In this document: one piece after another, positions 1 through 8,311 of the stretch
Numbering within the stretch: position 1 is the first letter of the stretch
Layout of the letters: each line of letters opens with the position of its first letter
Virus record (IMG/VR): IMGVR_UViG_3300008108_000135
Reading direction: 5' to 3' (one strand)
Source: an uncultured virus (IMG/VR IMGVR_UViG_3300008108_000135)
Lineage: Duplodnaviria; Heunggongvirae; Uroviricota; Caudoviricetes
DNA: 20,000 bases
Notes under the pieces: model-generated
What the model was told of the DNA's origin: nothing
The model's database searches: none
Seen by the model: the letters and a program-made list of their open reading frames with translations, nothing else
Made by a program: the position numbers and the translations under genes

Positions 1-1237
1 AATCTCTCTGAACCCATTTATCTGCAGGTACCCGATTACCATATGTGTGGTCGGGTACTTTTGTCCCTTCAGGTAAACGATTAGTAGCATTATCGGAACT
101 CGCATATCCACTGATGTTTGCTCCTAACTCAACTAAACGAAAATCCTCAATTTTTTTAGCTTTCATTAAATTATTAATACCATCAAATAATTGTTTATAC
201 GTTTCAGGTTTAATTGAAATCATATTATCCTTAAAAAAATTGTCATCCAATTTATATGAACCCAAGTCAAACCATTCTTCAGTAGAACCAGATTTAACGG
301 CTCCTGGTACAACACCCTCAACACTTGGCTCCATTCGTTTAATTACAATATCAGTACCATTAGGGTTATTTACCGATAATATTTTACCTTTTCTACCCGT
401 ACCTAAATCACCAAATATGTAATTACCCGCACCACCTGTAGAGCTTGTGAAGTTGTGTTGTCTTGCATTTGGGTTCTTTAATGATTCGTCGGTCCTGAAA
501 TCATCCGCAGTATAATCGGCGATAAAGTTAGCCATCTCTTTAAATTTATCCACATTATTGGCGTCAAAATGAACTCTACTTTTTTCTCTAGCGGTGTAAC
601 CAAATTTTTCTTGGGTAATCGGAATCATAATCCCATATATCGTTTCAGCTCTATTAGGACCTTCGGCACTTCCACCTCCGACAGTTTGATTAACAATCTT
701 CGCATTATACTCGGCTGGTATTTTTTCTAAATATTTATTAAATCTGTTTACCCACGTTGTACTACCTTTAGTAGAATCAAGTTTTTCAGGAGAACCTTTA
801 CCTAGTTGTGTTACCAATATGTGTGGAACTCCCCCAATCTCATAAAAATTATAAAGTATTGTATAAGGGTACATCTCTTGTTTTTCAGGTTCCTTTTTCA
901 TTTTACCATAAAAAGTCCCAATAACATATTGGTTCGCATCACCAGCACCTAAAACTTTTGTTTCATTAACTCTAACATTTTGTTCTTCAATACTCCCTTT
1001 AAATTGAGATAAAAGGTAATTTTTTAATGAAATGGCTCTATTAGATGCTAACCATTCATTGCCACCATCAATTCTGATATAACCTATAGATGGATTATAA
1101 TTTGCAATGCCTGCGGGTAATGCATCTAACTTAAACGTTAAGTTTGAGAACTTTTTAAAAGCGGGATTTGTTTGCTCTTGCAAACCCATCATATTTTTAA
1201 TACGTCTAATTTCTTCGTTTAATAAATTTTGTTTCAT
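1..1237 (-). CDS. Large protein, 3' end beyond the window, with N-terminal leader and OmpA-like peptidoglycan-binding motifs
   Basis: Absent from the ORF track because no stop lies in the window. Hand-translated from ATG at 1237, open to position 2 (412 codons): MKQNLLNEEIRRIKNMMGLQEQ...NEWLASNRAISLKNYLLSQFKG...FFKDNMISIKPETYKQLFDGINNLMK...NISGYASSD... Confidence 0.85.
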   Translation of the reverse strand, partial: MKQNLLNEEIRRIKNMMGLQEQTNPAFKKFSNLTFKLDALPAGIANYNPSIGYIRIDGGNEWLASNRAISLKNYLLSQFKGSIEEQNVRVNETKVLGAGDANQYVIGTFYGKMKKEPEKQEMYPYTILYNFYEIGGVPHILVTQLGKGSPEKLDSTKGSTTWVNRFNKYLEKIPAEYNAKIVNQTVGGGSAEGPNRAETIYGIMIPITQEKFGYTAREKSRVHFDANNVDKFKEMANFIADYTADDFRTDESLKNPNARQHNFTSSTGGAGNYIFGDLGTGRKGKILSVNNPNGTDIVIKRMEPSVEGVVPGAVKSGSTEEWFDLGSYKLDDNFFKDNMISIKPETYKQLFDGINNLMKAKKIEDFRLVELGANISGYASSDNATNRLPEGTKVPDHTYGNRVPADKWVQRD

Positions 1238-1240
1238 CGC

Positions 1241-1507
1241 TTAATTTAAATGTTTCATTATATCCGCCTTTTTAGCCAAACACATCTTTTTATCACCCAA
1301 AGAAGATGATTTTATCACCATTAGTTCTTTATCTGATAAAGCATTAATATCAATACTTAAAGGATTCCCACCTTCATATGAGTCTCTAATTTTTTTAAGG
1401 TCAAATAATGAACACTCCTCAAGAGGTAGTTGGTCTTCTTTTATTATAGAGTATTTTTCCAAAATGGATTTTTTCTCATCTTGAGATATTTCAACTATTC
1501 TTTTCAT
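1241..1507 (-). CDS. Hypothetical protein with leader MKRIVEISQDEKKSILEKY
   Basis: 88-aa ORF tightly packed with its neighbours; leader resembles that of 4081..4809 (LSDEEKNGILEQY). Confidence 0.8.
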   Translation of the reverse strand: MKRIVEISQDEKKSILEKYSIIKEDQLPLEECSLFDLKKIRDSYEGGNPLSIDINALSDKELMVIKSSSLGDKKMCLAKKADIMKHLN

Positions 1508-1607
1508 AATTCTGAATTAATTTTATGTTATTTTTTATAATATCCAATCTTTTTTTAAGATTTCGTCTATTTTTCTTACCTTTACCTTCTTTTCTAGCCT
1601 TTGCCAT
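1491..1607 (-). CDS. Small, highly basic peptide (38 aa)
   Basis: Start re-called at ATG 1607 (MAKARKEGKGKKNRRNLKKRL...), downstream of the ATATTTAT motif at 1627-1634. Confidence 0.6.
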   Translation of the reverse strand: MAKARKEGKGKKNRRNLKKRLDIIKNNIKLIQNYEKNS

Positions 1608-1635
1608 AACTATATATTTATTTCTAATAAATATC

Positions 1636-1929
1636 TCAATTATCAATAGTTCCCCAACCAATACTATATATTTTCCTAAAAATAAACTCATCGTAATTAG
1701 ATTGGAATACCATGTTGGACAAATCTCTTATATTATCTTCTATTTCGTTTTCTAATTCTAAATCAATTATTTCAATATTATATTTCCCCGTAACAATCAT
1801 AATACTATAATAAAACGCCTCATTATCAATATTATCTGAGTTAACTACGATTTTATCAATAAATGGATATTTCTTAATAATAATTGTATTAAGTATCTTA
1901 CTAAGTTGTGGGACTAAATCGTTTTTCAT
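1636..1929 (-). CDS. Hypothetical protein
   Basis: 97-aa ORF in the minus-strand run; N-terminus (IIIKKYPFIDKIVV) resembles 17424..17708 (IIFKKFPSLTSVEV). Confidence 0.8.
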   Translation of the reverse strand: MKNDLVPQLSKILNTIIIKKYPFIDKIVVNSDNIDNEAFYYSIMIVTGKYNIEIIDLELENEIEDNIRDLSNMVFQSNYDEFIFRKIYSIGWGTIDN

Positions 1930-1935
1930 ATAACA

Positions 1936-2502
1936 TTAAAATTCAGTCTCCAAGTCATACCCCATTTTATCGGTATATTTCTCTTGTAATACTTTATTAA
2001 CAATTGATATTACTTCATCCCTATAATCCTCAACAAGGTTAAAGAACTCATCGTCATAGTTTGGGTCATCGTCATATAAATCATCATAAATACTTCTACC
2101 ATTCTCAGTAATTGAGTCCAAGTCAATCTCCATTCTCATATGAACATATTGATTTGGAACGCTAACCTCAATTTCCCATAGTGTTACCAAAAAAGAAATA
2201 TTATTCCACTCAAATCGTAATTTTCTACCACTATCAGTTTCGTCTGTTAAATATAAACCAGGTCTTACCTCAAATAATGTAAAATCAGCTTTTAGGTATT
2301 TAAGGGGGTCAACACCATTTTTTTTGTTCCATTCTAATACCCAATGTTGTATTGTTGTGTATTGGTGAAAAAATAATCCAAATAATTTGATTTTAGTCAT
2401 ATCGTAATTGGCGTACCCCTGTTTATCCCAAAGTCTAAACAACATATTTTTTTGAGCTTCAATAACCGAATTTTGATTTTCTCTTATAATTACTTTCATC
2501 AT
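1936..2502 (-). CDS. Acidic hypothetical protein, class A leader (MKVIIRENQ)
   Basis: 188-aa ORF; ATGA overlap with upstream gene. Confidence 0.85.
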   Translation of the reverse strand: MMKVIIRENQNSVIEAQKNMLFRLWDKQGYANYDMTKIKLFGLFFHQYTTIQHWVLEWNKKNGVDPLKYLKADFTLFEVRPGLYLTDETDSGRKLRFEWNNISFLVTLWEIEVSVPNQYVHMRMEIDLDSITENGRSIYDDLYDDDPNYDDEFFNLVEDYRDEVISIVNKVLQEKYTDKMGYDLETEF

Positions 2503-2813
2503 TCAACAGGTATTACTGTAGGTTTACCAAATGGTTCTAAGACATGTGTAAAATACTCGTTAACAAATCTCAAATGGTCGGAATCAACTCGGTTACCATA
2601 AACATCAACAAAAATTAATACTCGGTGTGACATAACTTTAACCATTGTGACTTTGATTCTATCTATTACATTTATATATGATAAATACCAATTACCCGAA
2701 GACACTTCTTCATCTTTATATCTTTGTTTTAACACATTCCATTCATCATCAATTTTATTTTGATAAAATGAATGTAATTTATTCTCGGTATTTTCATTAA
2801 TTATAACTTTCAC
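2499..2813 (-). CDS. Hypothetical protein, class A leader (MKVIINENT); paralog of 3292..3678
   Basis: GTG start in a GTGA overlap; YQNKID...IDRIKVTMV aligns with YQSLID...VDSIKVTNV. Confidence 0.85.
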   Translation of the reverse strand: MKVIINENTENKLHSFYQNKIDDEWNVLKQRYKDEEVSSGNWYLSYINVIDRIKVTMVKVMSHRVLIFVDVYGNRVDSDHLRFVNEYFTHVLEPFGKPTVIPVE

Positions 2814-3292
2814 GATAAATAATTATTCACTAACATTTCAAATAGTTTATTTAAGTATTTAGTTTCCAATTTGTTAACACGAACATCATAATCATCAAAA
2901 TATTCGTCATACATCTGACCATCTTCATCAAATTCCCATACCGTAACATGGGCGAATAAGTTGTCATTATAATTCTCAATAAAATCAATATAAGATTCAA
3001 ATGTGTGGCCATCATCACCATCAAATTCGTCATACAAAATATCGGAATCTACTTCAGATAAATAGATTCTACCCCCGCCACCATAAACAGGATGTTGTTC
3101 ATCAAGTCCAATTATTTCTTTAATTAAATCTATCTTACTTTCTCTTGAATCAAAGTAATCGGGTAAAAGAGTTATGAAATTATCGTACCCTCCCATGAAC
3201 TTAATGGTATTTAATAATCCATTATTATCAATCATACCCATTAGTTTATGACTAATACCTTTTTTTTGTTCTTCTGTGACTACTATTCTCAT
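2810..3292 (-). CDS. Acidic hypothetical protein, class A leader (MRIVVTEEQ); paralog of 19643..>20000
   Basis: Start re-called at 3292 (TAATG overlap); GGYDNFITLL...KIDLIKEII segment shared with the last ORF in the window. Confidence 0.85.
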   Translation of the reverse strand: MRIVVTEEQKKGISHKLMGMIDNNGLLNTIKFMGGYDNFITLLPDYFDSRESKIDLIKEIIGLDEQHPVYGGGGRIYLSEVDSDILYDEFDGDDGHTFESYIDFIENYNDNLFAHVTVWEFDEDGQMYDEYFDDYDVRVNKLETKYLNKLFEMLVNNYLS

Positions 3293-3678
3293 TACCATTG
3301 GGGATTTTCATTTTTTAGGTCCACATTGTCTTCTATTATTTTAAGTTTGACACCCCTATCTCTTCCAAATGTAAGTCCCTTAACATAATACTCTAAATGA
3401 AACAATAGATTAGATGTGTCAAAAAATTTAATTGAGTCCAAAACTATATTAACATGAATGTTAACCACCATAATATTTGCACCAGGGTAAGTTTCATCGT
3501 AAATATCAACATTAGTAACCTTAATACTATCAACACTTTCAATATCATCTAAAACACGAGGGTCAACCCAATCAGGAACATTATCAGGACCATCAATACT
3601 AATCAATTCAGACACACACTTATCAATTAATGATTGATATAGATTAACCATTTTATTTTCGGTAATTAATACTTTCAT
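3292..3678 (-). CDS. Hypothetical protein, class A leader (MKVLITENK)
   Basis: 128-aa ORF; TAATG coupling on both sides. Confidence 0.85.
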   Translation of the reverse strand: MKVLITENKMVNLYQSLIDKCVSELISIDGPDNVPDWVDPRVLDDIESVDSIKVTNVDIYDETYPGANIMVVNIHVNIVLDSIKFFDTSNLLFHLEYYVKGLTFGRDRGVKLKIIEDNVDLKNENPQW

Positions 3679-4007
3679 TATGCCTCAACCCTTTTTAAAA
3701 CGTATATTCTAACCTCCCATTTACTTCCATATTCTTGCAAACCTAAACCAAACATAGAATCAAGACCAACCTTGATACTCCCTTTTAACTTCGCAACAAC
3801 ATCATAATTAACCGATTCACCTCCTGTTAAAATATTATGAGGGTCCATTGTAATCTCAATAGTTTTCCTTTGTATTATTTCATCATTACGGCTAGCCAGC
3901 ATAACAGGTTTGGTATTAAAGGAAACGGTAATTACTTCAGGAAATGAAGTTTTAATGAATCGCTCAATTGTCCCTTCTAATCTGTCTTCAGTTATAAGAT
4001 ATTTCAT
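3678..4007 (-). CDS. Hypothetical protein, class A leader (MKYLITEDR)
   Basis: Start re-called at 4007, 5 nt downstream of ATATTTAT (4013-4020); the longer start runs into a terminator. Confidence 0.85.
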   Translation of the reverse strand: MKYLITEDRLEGTIERFIKTSFPEVITVSFNTKPVMLASRNDEIIQRKTIEITMDPHNILTGGESVNYDVVAKLKGSIKVGLDSMFGLGLQEYGSKWEVRIYVLKRVEA

Positions 4008-4029
4008 ATTACATAAATATAATGAAAAT

Positions 4030-4057
4030 AAAAAACCCACCTGTTTGGGGGGTGGGT
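4030..4057 (-). terminator. Intrinsic terminator, CCCACC family
   Basis: ACCCACC...GGTGGGT stem followed by a U-tract on the minus strand, downstream of 4081..4809. Confidence 0.8.
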
Positions 4058-4080
4058 AAATTAAATCATTTTATGTTTTT

Positions 4081-4809
4081 TTAGGGTGTAATAAGTTTTA
4101 AACCATCGGTTGGTAATATAAGTCTATGACTACCACTTTGATTGGTGATACCATCAATTGTAGAGGTACCTCCATTAATCGTGATTGTTAATTTAGTACC
4201 GTCATTTACATATCCTAAAATTGTTTTTTTAAGTTCTTGATATTCGTTAGGATTTATTTTGTGAGTTATTACTTTATCAGTAGATGCCGTTCCTGTAGTC
4301 ACAGGAGTTGCGGGAACATTTTTATTATCCCCTGTTGTAGGGAATTGATGCTGTTCTCTTACTACCCCACCACTTTGGACTTTTTTAGGTAAAATCCATC
4401 CTAATTGTCCTAAACAAACGTTTTTGGGCATATTAACACCAATGTAATTTAAATGACCACAAAATTTTTCAGTTGATGGGACATCACTAAAGTCACCTTT
4501 AAATAAAGTTGCAATATCTTCACCTTTTGATTTTGCGATAGCATCAATTCTACCATACTCATTTTTGTCTTTAATAGAATATAGAGCCTTAAAAAACGCA
4601 TCTTCATTAGTTCCAGCACCTTTAACGGATTGGTATAACAAGTTATATTTTTGTTCGTCGTAATTTTCATTCAGTAACGGTTTAACGTTACCCAACTCAG
4701 ACTCCATTAATGATTTAAAACGTTCAGCATTAATTTTTATTTCCGCACCATATTGTTCAAGAATACCATTCTTTTCTTCATCACTTAAACCGTTTAATAT
4801 ATGTTTCAT
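4081..4809 (-). CDS. Annexin-repeat-containing protein with N-terminal leader
   Basis: LYQSVKGAGTNEDAFFKAL...IATLFKGDFS: GxGT (aa 64-67) followed by exactly 38 residues then D106, matching the annexin type II Ca2+ site pattern. Confidence 0.75.
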   Translation of the reverse strand: MKHILNGLSDEEKNGILEQYGAEIKINAERFKSLMESELGNVKPLLNENYDEQKYNLLYQSVKGAGTNEDAFFKALYSIKDKNEYGRIDAIAKSKGEDIATLFKGDFSDVPSTEKFCGHLNYIGVNMPKNVCLGQLGWILPKKVQSGGVVREQHQFPTTGDNKNVPATPVTTGTASTDKVITHKINPNEYQELKKTILGYVNDGTKLTITINGGTSTIDGITNQSGSHRLILPTDGLKLITP

Positions 4810-4841
4810 AATATTTTTTTTATATAAATATCATTTAAAAT

Positions 4842-4868
4842 AAAAAACCCACCTAAAAAGATGGGGTT
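4842..4868 (-). terminator. Intrinsic terminator, CCCACC family
   Basis: AACCCACCT-AAA-AGATGGGGTT imperfect stem plus U-tract. Confidence 0.7.
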
Positions 4869-4887
4869 AACATAATTTGTTTCGGTA

Positions 4888-5202
4888 TTACATACCTCTT
4901 CTTGTTCTTACTTTAAATGGTCTTTGTTTAACTTCTCTATATTTGTCAAACATTTTTTTACCGTGTTCTCCACGACCAAACCATTTAGTGTCTTCTCCGT
5001 GCTTAGATTCAAAATCTTCAAAGTCCTCAAACTTTTCTTCATCAAAGTCTTCATCACCCATATCATCAAAGCTAGCTCTTCTATCTGATTCATCGTACCA
5101 TTCCTCATCGTCAAATGAACCAAATTTTTTACCTTCATTGATAACTCGTTTAACGATTCTCATCAAATCAGATTCTGTTAATCTTATAACTCTTTTTGCC
5201 AT
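4888..5202 (-). CDS. Small protein with class B leader (MAKRVIRLTESDLMRIVKRVINE), acidic core and basic tail
   Basis: 104-aa ORF; ATATTTAT at 5219-5226. Confidence 0.9.
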   Translation of the reverse strand: MAKRVIRLTESDLMRIVKRVINEGKKFGSFDDEEWYDESDRRASFDDMGDEDFDEEKFEDFEDFESKHGEDTKWFGRGEHGKKMFDKYREVKQRPFKVRTRRGM

Positions 5203-5237
5203 GTTCTATTTTTTATTTATAAATATTATATAAAAAT

Positions 5238-5261
5238 AAAAAACCCACCTGATGAGGTGGG
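5238..5261 (-). terminator. Intrinsic terminator, CCCACC family
   Basis: Perfect CCCACCT-GATG-AGGTGGG stem plus U-tract. Confidence 0.85.
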
Positions 5262-5271
5262 AATTAATACA

Positions 5272-5496
5272 TCATAAGAAATATAACCATTTATCCTCAA
5301 AATGAGGGTAATACTTGGTAAAATTACGATGTCTGTCAATCATGTCATTCAAATCAACACATAAAATGAATGACCACAACAAAACACCAAGATAATCTAC
5401 CTCAATCACAGATTTAATGGTAAACTCCAAACTAATACCAAGTAAGATGAGACCCATAACCCCATACACAAAATATAAAATCAAACTATTTTTCAT
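5272..5496 (-). CDS. Small membrane protein with two hydrophobic segments
   Basis: 74-aa ORF without a leader, preceded by a Bacteroidota-type promoter. Confidence 0.7.
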   Translation of the reverse strand: MKNSLILYFVYGVMGLILLGISLEFTIKSVIEVDYLGVLLWSFILCVDLNDMIDRHRNFTKYYPHFEDKWLYFL

Positions 5497-5500
5497 AAGA

Positions 5501-5532
5501 CAAATATATACAAAATATTTTAACCAAACAAA
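5501..5532 (-). promoter_or_regulatory. Bacteroidota primary-sigma type promoter (-33 TTTG / -7 TAnnTTTG)
   Basis: Minus strand TTTG (5532-5529), 20-nt spacer, TATATTTG (5508-5501), 4 nt upstream of ATG 5496. Confidence 0.65.
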
Positions 5533-6023
5533 GATTTTAATATTTCTTTGTCTTCATCACTCAAAGCATTCCACCATTCATCATTATCAATATCAGGTAA
5601 ACCACCAAAATAAGAGTCATCAGTCATTCCTGATTCCTTACAAATTTTTGTTCCAACACTTTTTAGAATTATATATTCGTCACATTTATGTTTGTACGGA
5701 TTTCTAACATTATTAAACACCACACTATAATTTAAATCAATGTAGTTAGCCGCACTTGTTAGTATTTCTTCAAGATGAGACGGGACATCATACCTACCTT
5801 CATCCCACATTGTATCATCATAACTTAAATCTTTAATCAAAAAAGGTACCTTATCCCCAATAGCATTTACACGAATAACATAATCAGTGGTGTCTCTTGA
5901 TTTGAAGTGGTGTTCATTTACTTTATCAACCTCAAACTTCAAGTCAAGACCATATCTGTCTTTGATAATCTTACTACCAAGAGTATTAAGTATTTTTTCA
6001 ATTGCCGCGATTGGGTGTTCCAT
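5520..6023 (-). CDS. Hypothetical protein
   Basis: 167-aa ORF; ATATTTAT at 6029-6036. Confidence 0.85.
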   Translation of the reverse strand: MEHPIAAIEKILNTLGSKIIKDRYGLDLKFEVDKVNEHHFKSRDTTDYVIRVNAIGDKVPFLIKDLSYDDTMWDEGRYDVPSHLEEILTSAANYIDLNYSVVFNNVRNPYKHKCDEYIILKSVGTKICKESGMTDDSYFGGLPDIDNDEWWNALSDEDKEILKSLFG

Positions 6024-6045
6024 ATATGATAAATATATTATAAAT

Positions 6046-6071
6046 AAAAAACCCCACCTGTGAAGATGGGG
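6046..6071 (-). terminator. Intrinsic terminator, CCCACC family
   Basis: CCCCACCT-GTGA-AGATGGGG stem plus U-tract. Confidence 0.75.
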
Positions 6072-6099
6072 AGTAATAAAGTTTTAATGAATAAAATGC

Positions 6100-6312
6100 T
6101 TACTTCGGACTTTCTACCGTAAGTTGTGATAATGTTGCGGTAACCCCGCCAACCGCGATTAAATAACCACCCAAAGTAACAAGTGCCGCTGGTAATGCAA
6201 CAGGTGCCGCTACCAAAGCCGCTCCAAGAGCTCCCGCAGTTAACCCTACTTTCTGAACTTTTTTCCAAAAGTCAGGGGTCTTAGCATTCCATCTTTCAAA
6301 TAAATTTTTCAT
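6100..6312 (-). CDS. Putative holin-like small membrane protein
   Basis: 70 aa; basic N-terminus (RWNAKTPDFWKKVQK) followed by a long Ala/Gly/Val-rich hydrophobic hairpin; ATATTTAT at 6327-6334. Holin function is inferred only. Confidence 0.6.
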   Translation of the reverse strand: MKNLFERWNAKTPDFWKKVQKVGLTAGALGAALVAAPVALPAALVTLGGYLIAVGGVTATLSQLTVESPK

Positions 6313-6333
6313 AGTTGTTTTTATTAATAAATA

Positions 6334-6693
6334 TCAATAATCTTTAAAATGTCGTTCACCGTTAATATAGTAATAAACTCTACCCACATTAAGTCGGGTA
6401 TTATGAGTAAACCACTCAACAAATATATCAACCCAATTTGCACCAAAAGTTTGAGTTAAGGTATTTGACACCCTACCAAAAATCCATAATGTGTCCTCCT
6501 CATTATTATTCTTATTCAAAGACCAATATTCATAAGCACCATCCCCATCAATATCAAAGTCAATTGCCCCGAATTTATCCATCATATTACGATAATCAAT
6601 TGCCTTTTCAAAACCACCATCAGGGGTATATAGACTATCAAGATAAGATTTGACAGCTAAAGTATATTTGGATTCTGTTATTATTAATTTCAT
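6334..6693 (-). CDS. Hypothetical protein, class A leader (MKLIITESK); paralog of 10207..10560
   Basis: YLDSLYTPD...GAIDFDID...NWVDIFVEWFTHNTRLNV aligns with YLDLKFYPD...GDINFYVN...KWVPVVTKWFEQNTGLKV. Confidence 0.9.
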   Translation of the reverse strand: MKLIITESKYTLAVKSYLDSLYTPDGGFEKAIDYRNMMDKFGAIDFDIDGDGAYEYWSLNKNNNEEDTLWIFGRVSNTLTQTFGANWVDIFVEWFTHNTRLNVGRVYYYINGERHFKDY

Positions 6694-6704
6694 ACTAATA
6701 TATA

Positions 6705-7493
6705 TTATACAAAGGCGGATATAATATCATCTATTGATAATCCAATAGGGGGTAATCCCAAAAGTTCAATTACTTTTGATTCCGAATAAGTTCTATTCAT
6801 ATAATCACCAATAACTTTATTACCATCTCTATTTTGATATAGTAGGTTTTTTTCATTGGTTTTGATTAGATATAATGGTCCATACTTATTAATATAGACA
6901 TCCAAAATACGAGGATTTATTAGATTATCAAATTCTATTGGTAAATCATATCTATCATTAATTCTTTCAATCATACCTGTTAAGTCAACACCCAACCTGT
7001 CAATGATAAGATTTTTTAATTTTGATTCAATTAAAAAACTTTCTTTAATGTTCTTTTTCTTCTTAACATTATATTTGTTCGTTTTACTAGTATAAAAAGC
7101 ATTTTCATCATCGCTTTGGCCAGGGTCATGAATAAAGTCATAATCATACTGAACACAATCGCATTTAATACCAAGTTCATCGTATACATACTGAACCAAA
7201 ACCTTTGAGAATAACTTTGTTTTAAACAACGGAATAAATCTCTCCAACATATGAGAAAACTCACCATCCAAAGTTAAATCTCTTTTACATCCTTCGTTTG
7301 CCATGGTGGGAGGAAACCATATTGTCATTGGTGAAATATCGTCAAGGATATTACTTTTACCATAAATATATATTGATTGTATCGTTCTTTCATCATTTTC
7401 ATACATATTCTCGTATCTTAACTCACCCAAAATAGTTTTTAGGAGTTTATACGCCACATTCTTATATTGTTTTTTTGTAATTACGACTTTCAC
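6705..7493 (-). CDS. Two-part hypothetical protein, class A-like leader (MKVVITKKQ)
   Basis: GTG start 4 nt downstream of ATATTTAT (7498-7505); internal KKKKNIKESFLIESK junction. Confidence 0.85.
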   Translation of the reverse strand: MKVVITKKQYKNVAYKLLKTILGELRYENMYENDERTIQSIYIYGKSNILDDISPMTIWFPPTMANEGCKRDLTLDGEFSHMLERFIPLFKTKLFSKVLVQYVYDELGIKCDCVQYDYDFIHDPGQSDDENAFYTSKTNKYNVKKKKNIKESFLIESKLKNLIIDRLGVDLTGMIERINDRYDLPIEFDNLINPRILDVYINKYGPLYLIKTNEKNLLYQNRDGNKVIGDYMNRTYSESKVIELLGLPPIGLSIDDIISAFV

Positions 7494-7510
7494 AATAATA
7501 AATATCTCCG

Positions 7511-7861
7511 TTACCTAAACTTATCTTGAATTCTATTGACGAGATGTTTCCTTGCAACATTCATAAAATAATCTTGCACAATATCGGGGGGAACCATATT
7601 AAATGGTGTTATGTCGTGTGGACTAGGCCAAGATACATTAATTCCTTTCTCAGGGATATTACCTTTTTTATCAATATAAAAGACATATTCAATCCTTCTT
7701 TTACGGCCTTCAATATTAAACCAAAGATACACCACATAGTATTCTCTACGCATTGTATCTTCGTTCTTATATCCATACTCAGGTGTGACCTCAATATTAC
7801 CAATCTCTAGTAACCTGTCAATGATTTCTTTAGATGTTTTTTCTGTAATTAGGACTTTCAT
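7511..7861 (-). CDS. Hypothetical protein, class A leader (MKVLITEKT); paralog of 11961..12314 and of the N-domain of 8312..9664
   Basis: Start re-called at 7861 after GTATTTAT (7867-7874); shared IExxxEYG...YxxVxxWF...FxxxPxxxVxxYF pattern. Confidence 0.85.
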   Translation of the reverse strand: MKVLITEKTSKEIIDRLLEIGNIEVTPEYGYKNEDTMRREYYVVYLWFNIEGRKRRIEYVFYIDKKGNIPEKGINVSWPSPHDITPFNMVPPDIVQDYFMNVARKHLVNRIQDKFR

Positions 7862-7882
7862 ATATGATAAATACAATCTTTA

Positions 7883-8251
7883 TCAAAAATTACCTTCGTA
7901 TGTAAAATTGGTTGTTAGATTTTTTTCTTTCACGCTAACAACAAAATCAAGATGGGCCATAAACTGACATAACAAATCTCTAATTGATGATAGGTCCTCC
8001 TCAATGACATGTGTTAATTTTTCTTCACCGTCCACAATTTTATAGAATTTGTATCTTGGAGTAAAATCCATTGGACTGTAAAATATCTTCCATTCTTCGT
8101 TAATTTGGACATCATATATTACCCTATTATCTATTTTGGTAACTGAATTATAAAGAAGGTGGTTATAGTCGGACTTTGTAACGGTGCAGGTCAATCCCTT
8201 ATAAAGAGATTCAAACAACTTCTTAATCATTGGTATGTTTTTATCTTCCAT
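7883..8251 (-). CDS. Hypothetical protein without leader
   Basis: 122-aa ORF preceded by TATCTTTG. Confidence 0.8.
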   Translation of the reverse strand: MEDKNIPMIKKLFESLYKGLTCTVTKSDYNHLLYNSVTKIDNRVIYDVQINEEWKIFYSPMDFTPRYKFYKIVDGEEKLTHVIEEDLSSIRDLLCQFMAHLDFVVSVKEKNLTTNFTYEGNF

Positions 8252-8255
8252 AAAA

Positions 8256-8263
8256 CAAAGATA
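8256..8263 (-). promoter_or_regulatory. Bacteroidota-type -7 element TATCTTTG
   Basis: 4 nt upstream of ATG 8251; no clear -33 TTTG. Confidence 0.5.
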
Positions 8264-8280
8264 TAAAATTAATATGAAAT

Positions 8281-8304
8281 AAAAAACCCACCTGATGAGA
8301 TGGG
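8281..8304 (-). terminator. Intrinsic terminator, CCCACC family
   Basis: CCCACCT-GATG-AGATGGG stem plus U-tract, directly after the stop of 8312..9664. Confidence 0.8.
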
Positions 8305-8311
8305 ATATTTT

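Noticed and set aside
45..422. Plus-strand 125-aa ORF and other antisense or off-frame ORFs in the track (e.g. 1525, 2851, 4449, 4877, 4908, 5417, 6038, 6438, 7031, 7526, 10525, 10997, 12330, 13210, 15628, 17047, 18606, 19176)
   Set aside because: They overlap better-supported genes that have leaders, promoter motifs or paralogs; they are shadow ORFs.
5249..5256. CTGATGAG, the hammerhead ribozyme core (also near 8292)
   Set aside because: It lies in the loop of a terminator hairpin, with no matching GAAA core or three-stem arrangement.
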